Positions 28,638-39,328 of a stretch of DNA of 64,000 nucleotides are shown here, one piece after another. Every line of letters begins with the position of its first letter. The stretch's first letter is position 1. The DNA is taken from positions 14,908 through 78,907 of the forward strand of contig JACQCT010000037.1 of assembly GCA_016201435.1 (NCBI GenBank), read 5' to 3'. The notes under the pieces are model-generated. The model saw nothing but the letters and a program-made list of their open reading frames with translations, had not been told where the DNA came from and did not search any database. A program made the position numbers and the translations under genes. Source of the DNA: Nitrososphaerota archaeon. GTDB taxonomy: Archaea > Thermoproteota > Nitrososphaeria > Nitrososphaerales > Nitrosopumilaceae.

Positions 28638-29314
28638 TGCGCCACACCCAATGTATTCAACAGGGATTCAAAAATTAATGAGGCTGGTTTTGAATTATTT
28701 GGATTTATAATAGATTCTGCAGACCTTTCAGGATGTGGCATCATGCCAACAACGTTACCTTGTTTGTTACATATCCCAGCAATATCAAGTGAAGCCCCAT
28801 TTACTTCCTCACCATATGTAAAGACAATCTGATTGTTTTTCTTTAATAGTTTTAATGTATCCTTGTCAGCATAATACCTACCTTCCCCATTTGCAATTGC
28901 AATAGGAATTCTTTGATTTAGTTTTAATTTGTTAGTAAACGGAGTCTTGTTATTTTTTACTACAATCTCAGTCCATTTACACATGAATGCAAGTGATATG
29001 TTTTTAAGAAGCGCCCCTGGTAAAAGTCCTGCTTCTACAAGAATTTGAAATCCGTTACAAACGCCCAGAATTGGCATTCCTTTTTCTGCCATTTTTTTAA
29101 CGTCAGAAATTACAGGACTATGAGCAGCAATAACTCCAGCACGAAGTCTATCACCATATGAAAAACCACCTGGAAGAACTATAGCGTCGATATTTTTTGG
29201 AAGTTCGTCAGTATGCCAAACAAGTTCTGTTTTTAATTTAAAAACATCTGAAAGCACATGATGCATATCCCGATCGCAGTTACTTCCGGGAAATACAACA
29301 ACAGCTACTTTCAC
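28634..29314 (-). CDS. purQ: FGAM synthase glutaminase subunit PurQ
   Basis: FPGSNCD, PGGFSYGD, GVCNGFQ, MMPHPER. Confidence 0.97.
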   Translation of the reverse strand: MKVAVVVFPGSNCDRDMHHVLSDVFKLKTELVWHTDELPKNIDAIVLPGGFSYGDRLRAGVIAAHSPVISDVKKMAEKGMPILGVCNGFQILVEAGLLPGALLKNISLAFMCKWTEIVVKNNKTPFTNKLKLNQRIPIAIANGEGRYYADKDTLKLLKKNNQIVFTYGEEVNGASLDIAGICNKQGNVVGMMPHPERSAESIINPNNSKPASLIFESLLNTLGVAQ

Positions 29315-29386
29315 AATTCTACATTGCTTGACAGCATTATTAAATTGAATCGAATGAAAATGAAATCATTTTTATCCTAATACTTT

Positions 29387-29839
29387 TTGGTACTAGCTAT
29401 GGGTCAAGTACGTGACATCATGGTGCATAACGTAATTACCATAGAACATGATAAAACAGCAAAGGACGTTGCACTTTTACTTGCAGAAAAAGAAATCAGT
29501 TCCCTTGTGGTTATAAAAGACGGTATCCCCATAGGATTGGTTACAGAAAGAGATCTGGCTCGTAAAGTCTCAACTTCAGACAGAAAGAGTTCAGACGTGC
29601 CTCTCTCTGAGATAATGTCACACAACTTTAGATGGGTAGAGCCTATGACTCCAATAGAGGATGCAGTTCAAAAAATGATTAACAAGAACATTCGTAGACT
29701 CCTTGTTCTTGAGGACGGCAAACTTGCTGGAATCATAACTGAAACAGATTTGGCAAAATACTTGCGAAGTAAACTATTGATAGATGGCGCACTTGAGGAT
29801 ACCACTGCTCTGAACCGCAAGGTCGTAAAAAGTAGCTAG
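29387..29839 (+). CDS. CBS-pair protein (start probably ATG 29399)
   Basis: VRDIM...GLVTERD...IM...GIITETD. Confidence 0.9.
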   Translation: MVLAMGQVRDIMVHNVITIEHDKTAKDVALLLAEKEISSLVVIKDGIPIGLVTERDLARKVSTSDRKSSDVPLSEIMSHNFRWVEPMTPIEDAVQKMINKNIRRLLVLEDGKLAGIITETDLAKYLRSKLLIDGALEDTTALNRKVVKSS

Positions 29840-30096
29840 GCATCAAAACTTTCAACAGATACTTTACTAACAAGTGGATTGTAAATTCTAAATTCATTAC
29901 ATAAATCCAGTACAATTTTTTCCGCAATCTTTCGATTTTTTGCGTCTACATCAAATTTGAGCATCTTTGCAGAACGAACCTTTTTCACAGTGACATCATG
30001 ATCTTTTAGAATCAAGTCATTCAATATGGTCTCACCCTCGGGATCACTTATCTCTGGCTTGTTTTCGATTGTCACGTTCACTTTGAAAAATGGCAC
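29836..30096 (-). CDS. purS: FGAM synthase subunit PurS
   Basis: KPEISDPEG.TI...NP; next to purQL. Confidence 0.9.
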   Translation of the reverse strand: MPFFKVNVTIENKPEISDPEGETILNDLILKDHDVTVKKVRSAKMLKFDVDAKNRKIAEKIVLDLCNEFRIYNPLVSKVSVESFDA

Positions 30097-30256
30097 ATGA
30101 TTTGTTTAATTGTAATTAATTTAAGCTTTGGCTATTCCGATTTTGTTTAATCAAAAGAACCGAATATCTTCCCAATTTCCTTTGAAGTTACAAATCAAGA
30201 CTCAATAATAATGATTCAGAAAAGATTAAACTTGAATAAATATTATCAAACCAATT

Positions 30257-31099
30257 ATGAGTTCAATATTCAATCCTATTGAATACAAAATCAATACTAG
30301 AACAAACTGGAATACGGTTGCATCTCAATATCATAATAATTGGGCAAATAGTGATGTTGGACCTTTTAAATCAACAAACGAATTAGTAAAAGCTGCAGAA
30401 ATCAAACCTGATGATTCTGTATTAGATGTAGCATGTGGAACAGGTGTAGTTTCAAAAGAAATTTCACACCTACTTGGAAATTCTGGAACTCTGGTTGGGA
30501 TTGATATTTCACGGGCAGCACTTGATATTGCAAAAAAATCAATTCAGTTTAAAAATGTAGATTTTATTGAAATGGATGCAGAGAGCCTTGGTTTTCATGC
30601 AAATTTTGATAAAATGGTTTGTCAATATGGTTTGATGTTTTTCCCAGATGCATACAAAGTACTAAAATCAATTAGAGATATTATGAAAAATGATGGCAAA
30701 ATAGCAATAGCAGTTCATGGAACACAGGCAGGTGTACCATATTTTAGTTGTATAATGAATTCAATTTTACACTATATTCCAGATATTAGAGTAAAAGGAA
30801 CTCCGACAGTTCACAGATTTGGAAGTCCAGATGATCTAATAAAGGAAATAAGTACTTCAGGATTTTTGGATATAAAAATAAAAAAATTTACTTTTACTTA
30901 TCACACAGGTAACTTTGAGGAATATTGGGTAGATTACATGAATTCTACTGCAAATTCAATTTGGCCAAAAATTAAAACTAAAGGAACTGAAATAGTGAAC
31001 ATAATCAAAAAAGAAGCAGAAAAAAATACCTCCCCGTTTATTAAAAATGATAAGATAGAATTTCCATGGGATGTTTTGATTGCCACAGCGTACAAATAA
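30257..31099 (+). CDS. Class I SAM-dependent methyltransferase (UbiE-like)
   Basis: VLDVACGTG, GIDIS, MDAE, GLMFFPD. Confidence 0.9.
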   Translation: MSSIFNPIEYKINTRTNWNTVASQYHNNWANSDVGPFKSTNELVKAAEIKPDDSVLDVACGTGVVSKEISHLLGNSGTLVGIDISRAALDIAKKSIQFKNVDFIEMDAESLGFHANFDKMVCQYGLMFFPDAYKVLKSIRDIMKNDGKIAIAVHGTQAGVPYFSCIMNSILHYIPDIRVKGTPTVHRFGSPDDLIKEISTSGFLDIKIKKFTFTYHTGNFEEYWVDYMNSTANSIWPKIKTKGTEIVNIIKKEAEKNTSPFIKNDKIEFPWDVLIATAYK

Positions 31100-31145
31100 A
31101 GAATCTTTTGAATGTAACCGTGATTTCTTGTAATCGTAATATTCG

Positions 31146-31610
31146 TTAGGATATCTTCTTTGCAAAAGTTTCTAAATCTGAATCAAACCAAATCGTTTTT
31201 GCTTCTCCTGCAGATGTGTGTAAATTAATTGCAATGTGAGAAAATTTTTGCTTTTGAGTTGTAGAACCATGTACATGTAAAGTATATTTTGGAATAAAGA
31301 CCACATCTCCTTTTTTAAGAGAAGTTTTTGAAATTTGCCTAATTTTCAAGCCTGTTTTTACAGTACCCTTAATTTTCTTGCATATGACAAGCATTCCCAT
31401 GCCTTCAGTTACAATTAATGTCTGGCCTGTCTCATGATAATGCAGTTTGGTTTTTGCACCTTTTTGGAAAGTTACAAGGTATATTTTTTGTTCAAGTGAT
31501 TTAATTATACGTGAAATATCGTGTAGTATTACACTTCCTACAAAATACTTCTTTTTTTGCAAAATAAGATTTTTATCTACACGTACAATAGATATATTGT
31601 CTTTTTTCAT
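31146..31610 (-). CDS. Cupin domain protein
   Basis: HYHETGQTLIVTEG...GDVVFIP...HVHG. Confidence 0.88.
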   Translation of the reverse strand: MKKDNISIVRVDKNLILQKKKYFVGSVILHDISRIIKSLEQKIYLVTFQKGAKTKLHYHETGQTLIVTEGMGMLVICKKIKGTVKTGLKIRQISKTSLKKGDVVFIPKYTLHVHGSTTQKQKFSHIAINLHTSAGEAKTIWFDSDLETFAKKIS

Positions 31611-31728
31611 TGCATGTTATTGGTTTTTGATATTAAATAGTTGTTACGCTAATTATTTTTTAATAATTATCTATTAACTTGTCAATGTAATAACATTTTA
31701 AACCACCCTAACTTTCCTCATACTTAAT

Positions 31729-31803
31729 GCCAACGTAGCTCAGCCTGGCTAGAGCATCTGACTTGTAATCAGAAGGTCGAGGGTCCAAATCCCTTCGTTG
31801 GCT
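31729..31803 (+). tRNA. tRNA-Thr(TGT)
   Basis: GCCAACG/CGTTGGC acceptor stem, CTTGTAA anticodon loop, GTCCAAATC T-loop; TTTAAA box upstream, T-run downstream. Confidence 0.95.
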
Positions 31804-31853
31804 TTTTAAAATAACAGACAAAAGTTAAGTAAGAACTAATTCGAAGTAAATTT

Positions 31854-32087
31854 GTGCATCGAGGATATATTTTACTAAACTGTGATCTTGGAGCAGAAGA
31901 ATACGTCGTAGAGGAATTAAAGCGCGTTCCCCAAGTTAAGAATGCATTTGTAACATTTGGTGCATATGACATCATAGTTGAGATGGAGGCCGATACACAA
32001 GAAAACTTTGACAAAGCAATTTCTCTTAAAATACGCAGTATGCCAAGAGTTGTAAGTACAATGACACTAAATATTGTAAATCAATAA
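31854..32087 (+). CDS. Stand-alone Lrp/AsnC ligand-binding (RAM) domain protein
   Basis: YILLNC..G...TFGAYDII...IRSM..V.STMTL. Confidence 0.88.
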   Translation: MHRGYILLNCDLGAEEYVVEELKRVPQVKNAFVTFGAYDIIVEMEADTQENFDKAISLKIRSMPRVVSTMTLNIVNQ

Positions 32088-32212
32088 CAAATGTAAGAAG
32101 ATAATGTATTGTTAAAACCATATTTATAAAAAATTAATTTTGTTTTTAGGCTAAATTTATCTGCGATCGTTTTTCGAAGGATAATTATAGAAGTGAATTA
32201 ACTTATCAGAAA

Positions 32213-32500
32213 TTGGAAAAAATTGAATACGTGGGTACTGTTTGGGCAATAAACCACGGATTACCAGAGCCGTTACTTAATCATTGTATAAAGAAGCTTG
32301 TCGATTACGGAATAAAAAAAGAGGATATAGTTATTACTGATGCACCATCTGATGTAAAGATAGGAACGGTGGTAGTGGACATTTGGCCGTATCATTTGGA
32401 GGTAGGGCGTGTTAGAACAGTAAGAAATGATTCCTATATCAGTGGAAGTGTGCTGATAATAGAGCTCAAAGCAGACGCTGAAGGAACTTATATCGATTAG
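32213..32500 (+). CDS. Hypothetical protein
   Basis: 95-aa TTG ORF, globular composition. Confidence 0.7.
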   Translation: MEKIEYVGTVWAINHGLPEPLLNHCIKKLVDYGIKKEDIVITDAPSDVKIGTVVVDIWPYHLEVGRVRTVRNDSYISGSVLIIELKADAEGTYID

Positions 32501-32564
32501 AACGTTTTTCAAAAAAATTCATGTTTTTTAGAATAGATTTATTTCATATCTAAAATTACCAACA

Positions 32565-33074
32565 GTGTTGAAGAAAAGAAAAGCTCCAAATCCAAAAAAG
32601 AAAATGCAGATGGCAATTGTTGCAGGAGCAATAATAATTGGAGGAGTCATTATGCTAAATTATAATCTCGATCAAGCAAAAATATCAGGTCAGAGTTTTG
32701 GCGATAGTCTTGCACAGATACAAAATGATCTCAAAAATGAGACTGCCAATTATGATGCAAAAATTACATTGTATCAAAATGGAAACATAACAAAACAAGA
32801 CATATTACAAATTTCAGATACACACATAGCTGTTCTAAACGAGACGTTATCAAAATATAACAAGATAAAACCACCAGGGCCTTTTGCCCCTTCATTAGAA
32901 TTATTCAGACTTTCTACTCAAGCGCAACTTGATAGTGATAAACTCTTAAAACAATGGATCCAGACAGGAGACAATTCTACTAAGATAAGATCTGATCAAC
33001 TCCTAGGACAGTCATTTTATTATGAGACAAGGGCTCTTGATTCATTTAACAAGGCCAAAACAAATTCAGAATAA
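32565..33074 (+). CDS. Membrane-anchored helical hypothetical protein
   Basis: Basic N-terminus, TM helix, helical ectodomain. Confidence 0.75.
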   Translation: MLKKRKAPNPKKKMQMAIVAGAIIIGGVIMLNYNLDQAKISGQSFGDSLAQIQNDLKNETANYDAKITLYQNGNITKQDILQISDTHIAVLNETLSKYNKIKPPGPFAPSLELFRLSTQAQLDSDKLLKQWIQTGDNSTKIRSDQLLGQSFYYETRALDSFNKAKTNSE

Positions 33075-33090
33075 TTTCTTATCATAAATT

Positions 33091-33549
33091 CTACAGCAAG
33101 CCTTGTTTGTTTAATACATCAAGCGTGAAACGGAGTTCTTCAAGAAGAGCATTTTTTTCTAAAGGAGCAGGTACGGCAAATGCAACTGGGAATGTGATAC
33201 TTAGCATGTCTGGATCTGTGTGAGATACACGAATTTTGTGGCTTTGGTTTTTTTGAGATGCAAGAAAATTTTGCCACCACAAAATTCTATCTCTCACTTC
33301 GTCCATTCTTGCCTCAAGATAATCCATGTCTATTTCACTATCAAGACTAAATATGCCAAATTTTATCATGGGAAGTAATAGATAGCCACCTGGGATTTTT
33401 TCATGTTTTTTATGCATTTCTTCAATTACTTCGTCAGTCTTTTCTTGTGGAAATATATCTCCATACTCTGGAGCAAAATATCCTGCAATGTTTTTGTTCT
33501 CATCAAAAATTCGAAAATAATCTCCTTCTCGCTCAAACTTCCATTGCAT
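33091..33549 (-). CDS. Hypothetical protein
   Basis: 152-aa ATG ORF. Confidence 0.75.
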   Translation of the reverse strand: MQWKFEREGDYFRIFDENKNIAGYFAPEYGDIFPQEKTDEVIEEMHKKHEKIPGGYLLLPMIKFGIFSLDSEIDMDYLEARMDEVRDRILWWQNFLASQKNQSHKIRVSHTDPDMLSITFPVAFAVPAPLEKNALLEELRFTLDVLNKQGLL

Positions 33550-33847
33550 GTTTGTAGGTAAAAATGATTAATAATTAAGCCATTTGAGTTGTGCTCAAGC
33601 ATTTTCCACAAAAATAGCCTTTACCAGTATTAAACATGGTAGAGTTTTTACACTGCGGACATTCTTTGTTTATTCTATTAATTTCTATAGGCATGACAAA
33701 GAATTTCCGATCGATCTAAAAAGAAACTGGGTCAATATTATGTTAGTATTTTCTCTAATTACATGACATCAAAATGAATGTATGTGGAATTTTTGTTCAT
33801 TTTCTTTAAAATCAAACATTATAAACGATAGTTTGAGATCTTAAGTA

Positions 33848-34132
33848 TTGACCATCCCTGCTACAACCAAAGATTTCATTAACAATCTCATAGATTATTA
33901 CATCAGCGAGTCTTCCTCATACAAGCAGTTTGCACAAGAATGTGCTTCAGATGTTACAGATATCTCCACTGCAACTTTTGGAATAATAATTGGTTGTGTA
34001 TATTCAGGGTTTTTACAAGCTTATGCAAATCAGAAACAAAAACCAAGTCTTGACGACATTCAGGAATTTCATCAAATCATCAAGCGAAGAGCAGATCAAA
34101 TCAGAAAAGGCATTTTTGATGCGAAAATTTAG
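33848..34132 (+). CDS. Hypothetical protein
   Basis: 94-aa TTG ORF; AAACATTATAAA promoter-like box about 25-30 nt upstream. Confidence 0.72.
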   Translation: MTIPATTKDFINNLIDYYISESSSYKQFAQECASDVTDISTATFGIIIGCVYSGFLQAYANQKQKPSLDDIQEFHQIIKRRADQIRKGIFDAKI

Positions 34133-34176
34133 TTTATTTGCGTTAGAGATAAATCCCTACACCATTTAGGACACAC

Positions 34177-34497
34177 ATGTCAGAAGTAATTCATTACCAA
34201 ATTCAGCAGCTTGTAGACAATGGTCAGACGGTTCAATTATCACTTGTTGAAGACGTACAAACTGAACCCATGTCACAAAAACAGCTCATGCTTGATGCAA
34301 TTAATAACAAGCTAGACCCAGAACTCAGAGAACAAATAACTCCATTTATTGAAGCAATACTTCAATCCCAACCAACAGTTGCAATAAAAAGTTACGCGCA
34401 GACAGCGATAACAATCATCATGCCAAAACGCAGATACGAAAGAATGGGCAGCCCAAGTGTTGGACAAAAATTAGAGATAAATATTAAAAAAGTTTAA
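34177..34497 (+). CDS. Possible arcadin-1-like protein
   Basis: V.LSLVED...P...[15 protein letters not shown]...ITI...YE.MG...VGQ.LEINI resembles recalled Pyrobaculum arcadin-1; ORF itself well supported. Confidence 0.5.
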   Translation: MSEVIHYQIQQLVDNGQTVQLSLVEDVQTEPMSQKQLMLDAINNKLDPELREQITPFIEAILQSQPTVAIKSYAQTAITIIMPKRRYERMGSPSVGQKLEINIKKV

Positions 34498-36533
34498 AGT
34501 AATTTTTCTATTTCCGGTAAGGAATAAAGCGGCAATGAGCATGTAAAATTTTTGCATACAAAAACCTTGGTTCTTGTTTTGTCATACTCTTTTCCTGCAA
34601 AAAATGGGTACTTTGCCAAGTCTTCTATATATTCTGCTTTTGGGATTGTCACTAGTATTGACTCTGGCAGAAACATTCTAGTGAGATTTGTATAAATCTC
34701 ACGGTTTTCCTCATTTAGCAAAGTGATCTCAGTTGGATTTTGCAAGTAGAGATACATTGCAATTAGAAGTTGCCCAAATCCAAATGGGTTTTCTGCTGCC
34801 ATTGTTGAAAGTGATTCCATTATCTTAACTGAAACATCAAGATACCTTTTGTTTTGCGTAATATGATATAGTCTTAGAAAGGTGTTTGCTGCAACTGAAT
34901 TTCCTGATGGAAGTGATAGATCGTAGATGTTTTTTGTTCGAATAATTAACTGCTCGTGATTGTCAGCTGTGAAAAAAAAGTTTTTTTCGTTCTCATCCCA
35001 AAAATGTTCAAGTAAATAATCTGCATAATAAATTGCAAGTTCAAGATATTTTTTATCCGGATTTGTTTCAAAAAGGTCTAAAAGTGCGTTTGTAAAATAT
35101 GTGTAGTCATCAAGATATGCTTTAAGCTTTGCCTGACCGTCTTTGTATGTTCTTAAAAGCTCGCCATTTTTTGTGAGTTTTTCTTGGATAAAGCTGATGC
35201 ACTTTTCTGCTGCTTCTAAAAATCTTTTTTCCTCGGATATTTTAAATCCTTTAACAAATGCAGATATCATCAATGCGTTCCAGCTTGTAAGGATTTTTTC
35301 GTCTTTTCCTGGTGGCACCCGTTTTGAGCGTACTTCGTAGAGTTTTTCAGAGCACTTTTTTATGATTTCTTTTACTTCTTGTTCTGTTTTGCCAAATTGA
35401 AATGCCGTAGTAGATGTGTTGATACTATTATGTAATATCGTATGACCCTCAAAATTTCCACCATCAGTTACGTCAAAATAAAGACAAAAGATGTCAGTAT
35501 CCTTACCTAAGATTTCTTGGATCTCATTTTTCTTCCAAACATAGAATTTACCTTCTTCCCCTTCTGAATCTGCATCCTGCGCAGAATAAAATCCACCGTC
35601 AGAAGATGTCATCTCACGTAATACATACTGCAAAGTTTGATTGACGACTTCAAGATATCTTGAATCTTTAGTGATTTGATATGCTTCTGCATAAACTATT
35701 GGTAAGAGCGCATTATCATATAGCATCTTTTCAAAATGAGGTACAAGCCACCTAGAGTCTGTAGAATATCTGTGAAATCCACCACCAAGGTGATCATAAA
35801 TCCCACCATTTGCCATCTTGTTTAATGTCTTGAAAACAAACTCTTGAAATCTTGCAATTCCAGAAAGTTTAGAGTATCTTAGTATAAAAGAAAGATTTGC
35901 AGCATTAGGAAACTTTGGAGCTTGCCCAAATCCTCCATTTATTGGGTCGCCCATAGAAAGAAGGTTTAGTGCAGCCTCGTCAAGTATTGTTTTCTCTAGC
36001 TTTGTCGATGATGATATTGATTCAGTTCGTTGTAGTGCGTTCATAAAATTCTCAGTTGTAGCTTCAACATCATGTGGTTTTTCTTTCCAAGATTGTGCTA
36101 ATTGCCTCAGTAAACTACCAAAACCTGGTCTTCCATAGTTGTCCAGTGGTGGGAAATAAGTGCCAACATAAAATGGCTTTTGTTCAGGGGTAAGAAATAC
36201 GCTCAATGGCCAACCTCCACTGCCAGTGGTTAGCTGACAAACTTTTTGATAAATATCATCAATGTCTGGTCGTTCCTCTCGGTCTACTTTGATATTAACA
36301 AAATTCTCGTTCATGAATTGTGCAATATCTTCATTTTCAAATGATTCATGTGCCATTACATGGCACCAATGACAGGCGCTATATCCTATGCTTAAAAAAA
36401 TGGGTTTGTTTTCATCTTTTGCTTTTTTTAATGCTTCTTCTCCCCAGGTATACCATTCTACAGGATTGTATGCATGTTGTAAAAGATACGGGCTGGTTTC
36501 TTTTATGAGGTTATTTGCTTGCACACAATTCAA
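34494..36533 (-). CDS. YyaL/SSP411 family thioredoxin-domain protein (DUF255 plus alpha/alpha barrel)
   Basis: [46 protein letters not shown]. Confidence 0.95.
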   Translation of the reverse strand: MNCVQANNLIKETSPYLLQHAYNPVEWYTWGEEALKKAKDENKPIFLSIGYSACHWCHVMAHESFENEDIAQFMNENFVNIKVDREERPDIDDIYQKVCQLTTGSGGWPLSVFLTPEQKPFYVGTYFPPLDNYGRPGFGSLLRQLAQSWKEKPHDVEATTENFMNALQRTESISSSTKLEKTILDEAALNLLSMGDPINGGFGQAPKFPNAANLSFILRYSKLSGIARFQEFVFKTLNKMANGGIYDHLGGGFHRYSTDSRWLVPHFEKMLYDNALLPIVYAEAYQITKDSRYLEVVNQTLQYVLREMTSSDGGFYSAQDADSEGEEGKFYVWKKNEIQEILGKDTDIFCLYFDVTDGGNFEGHTILHNSINTSTTAFQFGKTEQEVKEIIKKCSEKLYEVRSKRVPPGKDEKILTSWNALMISAFVKGFKISEEKRFLEAAEKCISFIQEKLTKNGELLRTYKDGQAKLKAYLDDYTYFTNALLDLFETNPDKKYLELAIYYADYLLEHFWDENEKNFFFTADNHEQLIIRTKNIYDLSLPSGNSVAANTFLRLYHITQNKRYLDVSVKIMESLSTMAAENPFGFGQLLIAMYLYLQNPTEITLLNEENREIYTNLTRMFLPESILVTIPKAEYIEDLAKYPFFAGKEYDKTRTKVFVCKNFTCSLPLYSLPEIEKLL

Positions 36534-36596
36534 AGATTAGTTTGGTTATTTGTATGTAATTCAAATGTTAAATAAACGATAAAATTACTTTTGCAT

Positions 36597-36749
36597 ATGA
36601 ATTGCAAGAGATGTCATCATGTTGACCAAATACATGAACCGTCAGACAAAAATCACTCTCTTGCAAAAGTAGGCAAGTGCCTTATACCACAATGTTCATG
36701 CACACAGTATATAGATCCCATAGAAGAAATTGATGAGGATTTACTTTAA
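36597..36749 (+). CDS. 50-aa Cys/His metal-binding microprotein (not in ORF track)
   Basis: MNCKRCHHVDQIHEPSDKNHSLAKVGKCLIPQCSCTQYIDPIEEIDEDLL*. Confidence 0.72.
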   Translation: MNCKRCHHVDQIHEPSDKNHSLAKVGKCLIPQCSCTQYIDPIEEIDEDLL

Positions 36750-36763
36750 TTATATAATTTGTA

Positions 36764-37636
36764 TTATTTTGAAGTAATGCCTATGTTTTCACCAAGGTCC
36801 GCAGATTTGTTTGTACCATTTGTAGTAGTTTGATTTACATTTGGCATTGTAGCATTTTCTTTTTCAACTAATGTTAACGCCTCTGGTCCTGTTTGAGGGG
36901 AGAAAGTGCTATTTGTGGCGTTAAATTTTGGAGAGATTGCTGCAGATGCATTGTTATTATTCATAGATGCACTAGTGTTAGTAACAGGAGAAACGTTGGG
37001 CATAGTCACTAATGGTGTAGGTGTCACAGGTTGAGCACTAACCTCACCAACAGATGAACTAGAACCTAATACCATCTTCAAATTATCTGCATATGATGAA
37101 CTCATAATTATTACACGAATATCTGGATCTTTATTTTCTTCTTGTTGTTTTTGTTCGTCTGCGGTAGCATTAACAAGAGAATCATCGTGTTTATTCAGGG
37201 CTAATTTTGCACCAACAGGCATTGCATTATTAAAGAAAATGACGTTGTAACCTTGGTTTGGGGTAAAAGCAGATATTTCTGCATGTGCCACCAAATCCAC
37301 ATTACTGTCACGAGAGTTTCCAAAGAGAAGGGTTTGGAATCCATCGGCATTTTGTTGATACTGGTCTTGAAGTTTTTTTGTATCATTAATAGAATCAGTA
37401 TGATCAAGCAACCTTAATTTTGAACCTACAGGCGCACTATAATCAAAAGAGACAATGTTGTAACCATGTTTTGGGGTCATGGCATCAATTTCTTGTCCAG
37501 CCATAAGTTCAGTACCAAAATGATAGTTACTTCCTATTGCCCAAGCAATCAAACCAATGACAGTAAGTGAGACAGAGATTACAATCATAGAATACCCTAC
37601 TTTTCGATAATTGTGAGGCTCTTTCATGTGCTTCAA
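36764..37636 (-). CDS. Membrane-anchored protein with a duplicated ~70-aa module and S/T/N/P-rich tail
   Basis: TM helix; EIDAMTPKHGYNIV...PVGSKL vs EISAFTPNQGYNVI...PVGAKL. Confidence 0.78.
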   Translation of the reverse strand: MKHMKEPHNYRKVGYSMIVISVSLTVIGLIAWAIGSNYHFGTELMAGQEIDAMTPKHGYNIVSFDYSAPVGSKLRLLDHTDSINDTKKLQDQYQQNADGFQTLLFGNSRDSNVDLVAHAEISAFTPNQGYNVIFFNNAMPVGAKLALNKHDDSLVNATADEQKQQEENKDPDIRVIIMSSSYADNLKMVLGSSSSVGEVSAQPVTPTPLVTMPNVSPVTNTSASMNNNNASAAISPKFNATNSTFSPQTGPEALTLVEKENATMPNVNQTTTNGTNKSADLGENIGITSK

Positions 37637-37735
37637 AAAAATGTCAGCCTGAATTTAATCTTTTATTAAATGCCTTCCAACTAGTAATTTAACATCATTT
37701 TTAAATAAATTATAAAATCTAATTGAGGATTTAGA

Positions 37736-37981
37736 TCATGCGTCGACTTTACGTTCAACTTTGAAGATTTGCAGTGTAAGCAAATCAATTGCCTTTTTTA
37801 GATGTTCAAATTCATTAAAGGAGTGTAGTTGGTTTTCAACAAGTATCTTCAAAACACCAATAAGTGATTTTTGAAAATTGTCAGCTGCTGAAACTTCAAG
37901 AGCATTCAATTTTGATATCAATACATCCAAATCTTTTTGGGCTGGATGATGTCTTTTTTCCATATAGATTATTTTAATCAC
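37736..37981 (-). CDS. Small coiled-coil hypothetical protein
   Basis: 81-aa ORF (ATG start MEKR likely), heptad pattern. Confidence 0.7.
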   Translation of the reverse strand: MIKIIYMEKRHHPAQKDLDVLISKLNALEVSAADNFQKSLIGVLKILVENQLHSFNEFEHLKKAIDLLTLQIFKVERKVDA

Positions 37982-38099
37982 AGTATAATATAGCCTATGT
38001 ATGGAATTTACCCATGAAAAATTATTTCATCAAATCTATCATATCAATGACAAACTGTGTAAAATCTGATACTATTTTATTCTAATCGGAATGTTATTT

Positions 38100-38708
38100 T
38101 CAGGTTAGTGACGATTGCCACTTTATAATCTGCAAGGCATCAGTAATAGTACTTTGTATTGCAGCATGTCTATAATCATAAGCTTTTACAATAATATTTG
38201 AAGTATCCATTGATGCTTGTGGCGTTATCTTAAATGTCAGATACATAAAGTGGCCTTGCGAGGATGTACTTACTGTAACTGACTTGAATAATTTGTTAGG
38301 ATCATTTATTGTTAGACCAGTGCCTTTGTCATATGCTATCGATTCGCCATTTGAGTAAACTGTAGGATCGTTACTATTGGTTATGTATAATGCAACATGT
38401 TCTAGATATTGTACACCATCAGTGTGAAAAACCTTCAATGTAATTGTTGAGGGCACATTAACATACAATGTTTCAGTAGTAGGTGCACTTTGGCTAAATT
38501 TGGATATATCAAAAGTATTACTATCTATTTTCATTCCGTCTGTATAGGTATAATCATAGACATGACCAAATGACGGACCATGTGTTATGCCATGTCCCCA
38601 AACTGCATAAGCATTGGAACTAGTTCCTACATATGATGAGAACAAGATCAGAAATATGGCAGCACTTGAAATTTTTAGAATTGTTTTATTCATTCCCTTA
38701 GAATTCAT
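38100..38708 (-). CDS. Secreted beta-rich surface protein
   Basis: Start trimmed to MNSKG; signal peptide ending AYA; Thr/Ser-rich beta strands. Confidence 0.72.
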   Translation of the reverse strand: MNSKGMNKTILKISSAAIFLILFSSYVGTSSNAYAVWGHGITHGPSFGHVYDYTYTDGMKIDSNTFDISKFSQSAPTTETLYVNVPSTITLKVFHTDGVQYLEHVALYITNSNDPTVYSNGESIAYDKGTGLTINDPNKLFKSVTVSTSSQGHFMYLTFKITPQASMDTSNIIVKAYDYRHAAIQSTITDALQIIKWQSSLT

Positions 38709-38837
38709 ACTCCCATGATGGGTTATATAAGATTTGATTTTTTTATGTAGCTTATGATGAACCCATAAAATTTGTAGGTACAAATGTCCATATGTTATGA
38801 AGATAAAGTTAAAACACATACAGTAAAACCAGATTTT

Positions 38838-39293
38838 GTGATAGATGAAAAACTTGCTTCGCTGAATATCATTCTTCCAAGTCCTCCAAAACCCGCTGGC
38901 TCTTATGTTCCTGTTGTAGTCACAGGCAAACTTGTGTTTGTCTCAGGTCAAATTCCAATAAAAGACGGCAAGGTAGCATATTTTGGAAAGCTAACAAAAG
39001 ACGTTTCAATTGAGGAAGCACAGAAGGCTGCAAAACTTTGCATAATAAATGCACTTGCCCAGATTAAAAGCGAACTTGGAAGTTTGGATAAAATCTCAAA
39101 AATCATTCGAGTTTCTGGATTTGTTAACTCTACACCAGAATTTACTGAACAGCCAAAAGTAATTAACGCTGCCTCAGATTTGATTTTTGAAATATTTGGG
39201 GCAAAAGGACAACATAGTAGAATAGCTATAGGAGTTGCAAGCCTTCCCTTAAATTCTTGTGTAGAAATTGATGTAATAGCTGAGATGGTGTGA
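38838..39293 (+). CDS. RidA/YjgF family protein
   Basis: P.PAGSY, FVSGQIP, INAASDL, HSRIAIGVASLP, VEID; GTG start chosen. Confidence 0.92.
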   Translation: MIDEKLASLNIILPSPPKPAGSYVPVVVTGKLVFVSGQIPIKDGKVAYFGKLTKDVSIEEAQKAAKLCIINALAQIKSELGSLDKISKIIRVSGFVNSTPEFTEQPKVINAASDLIFEIFGAKGQHSRIAIGVASLPLNSCVEIDVIAEMV

Positions 39294-39328
39294 GTTCTAA
39301 AAATAAATCAAGTTTTTTGATGTAATTG

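Noticed and set aside
31729..34497. Island integrated at tRNA-Thr
   Set aside because: No integrase or att duplication; downstream genes look like ordinary small AOA genes.
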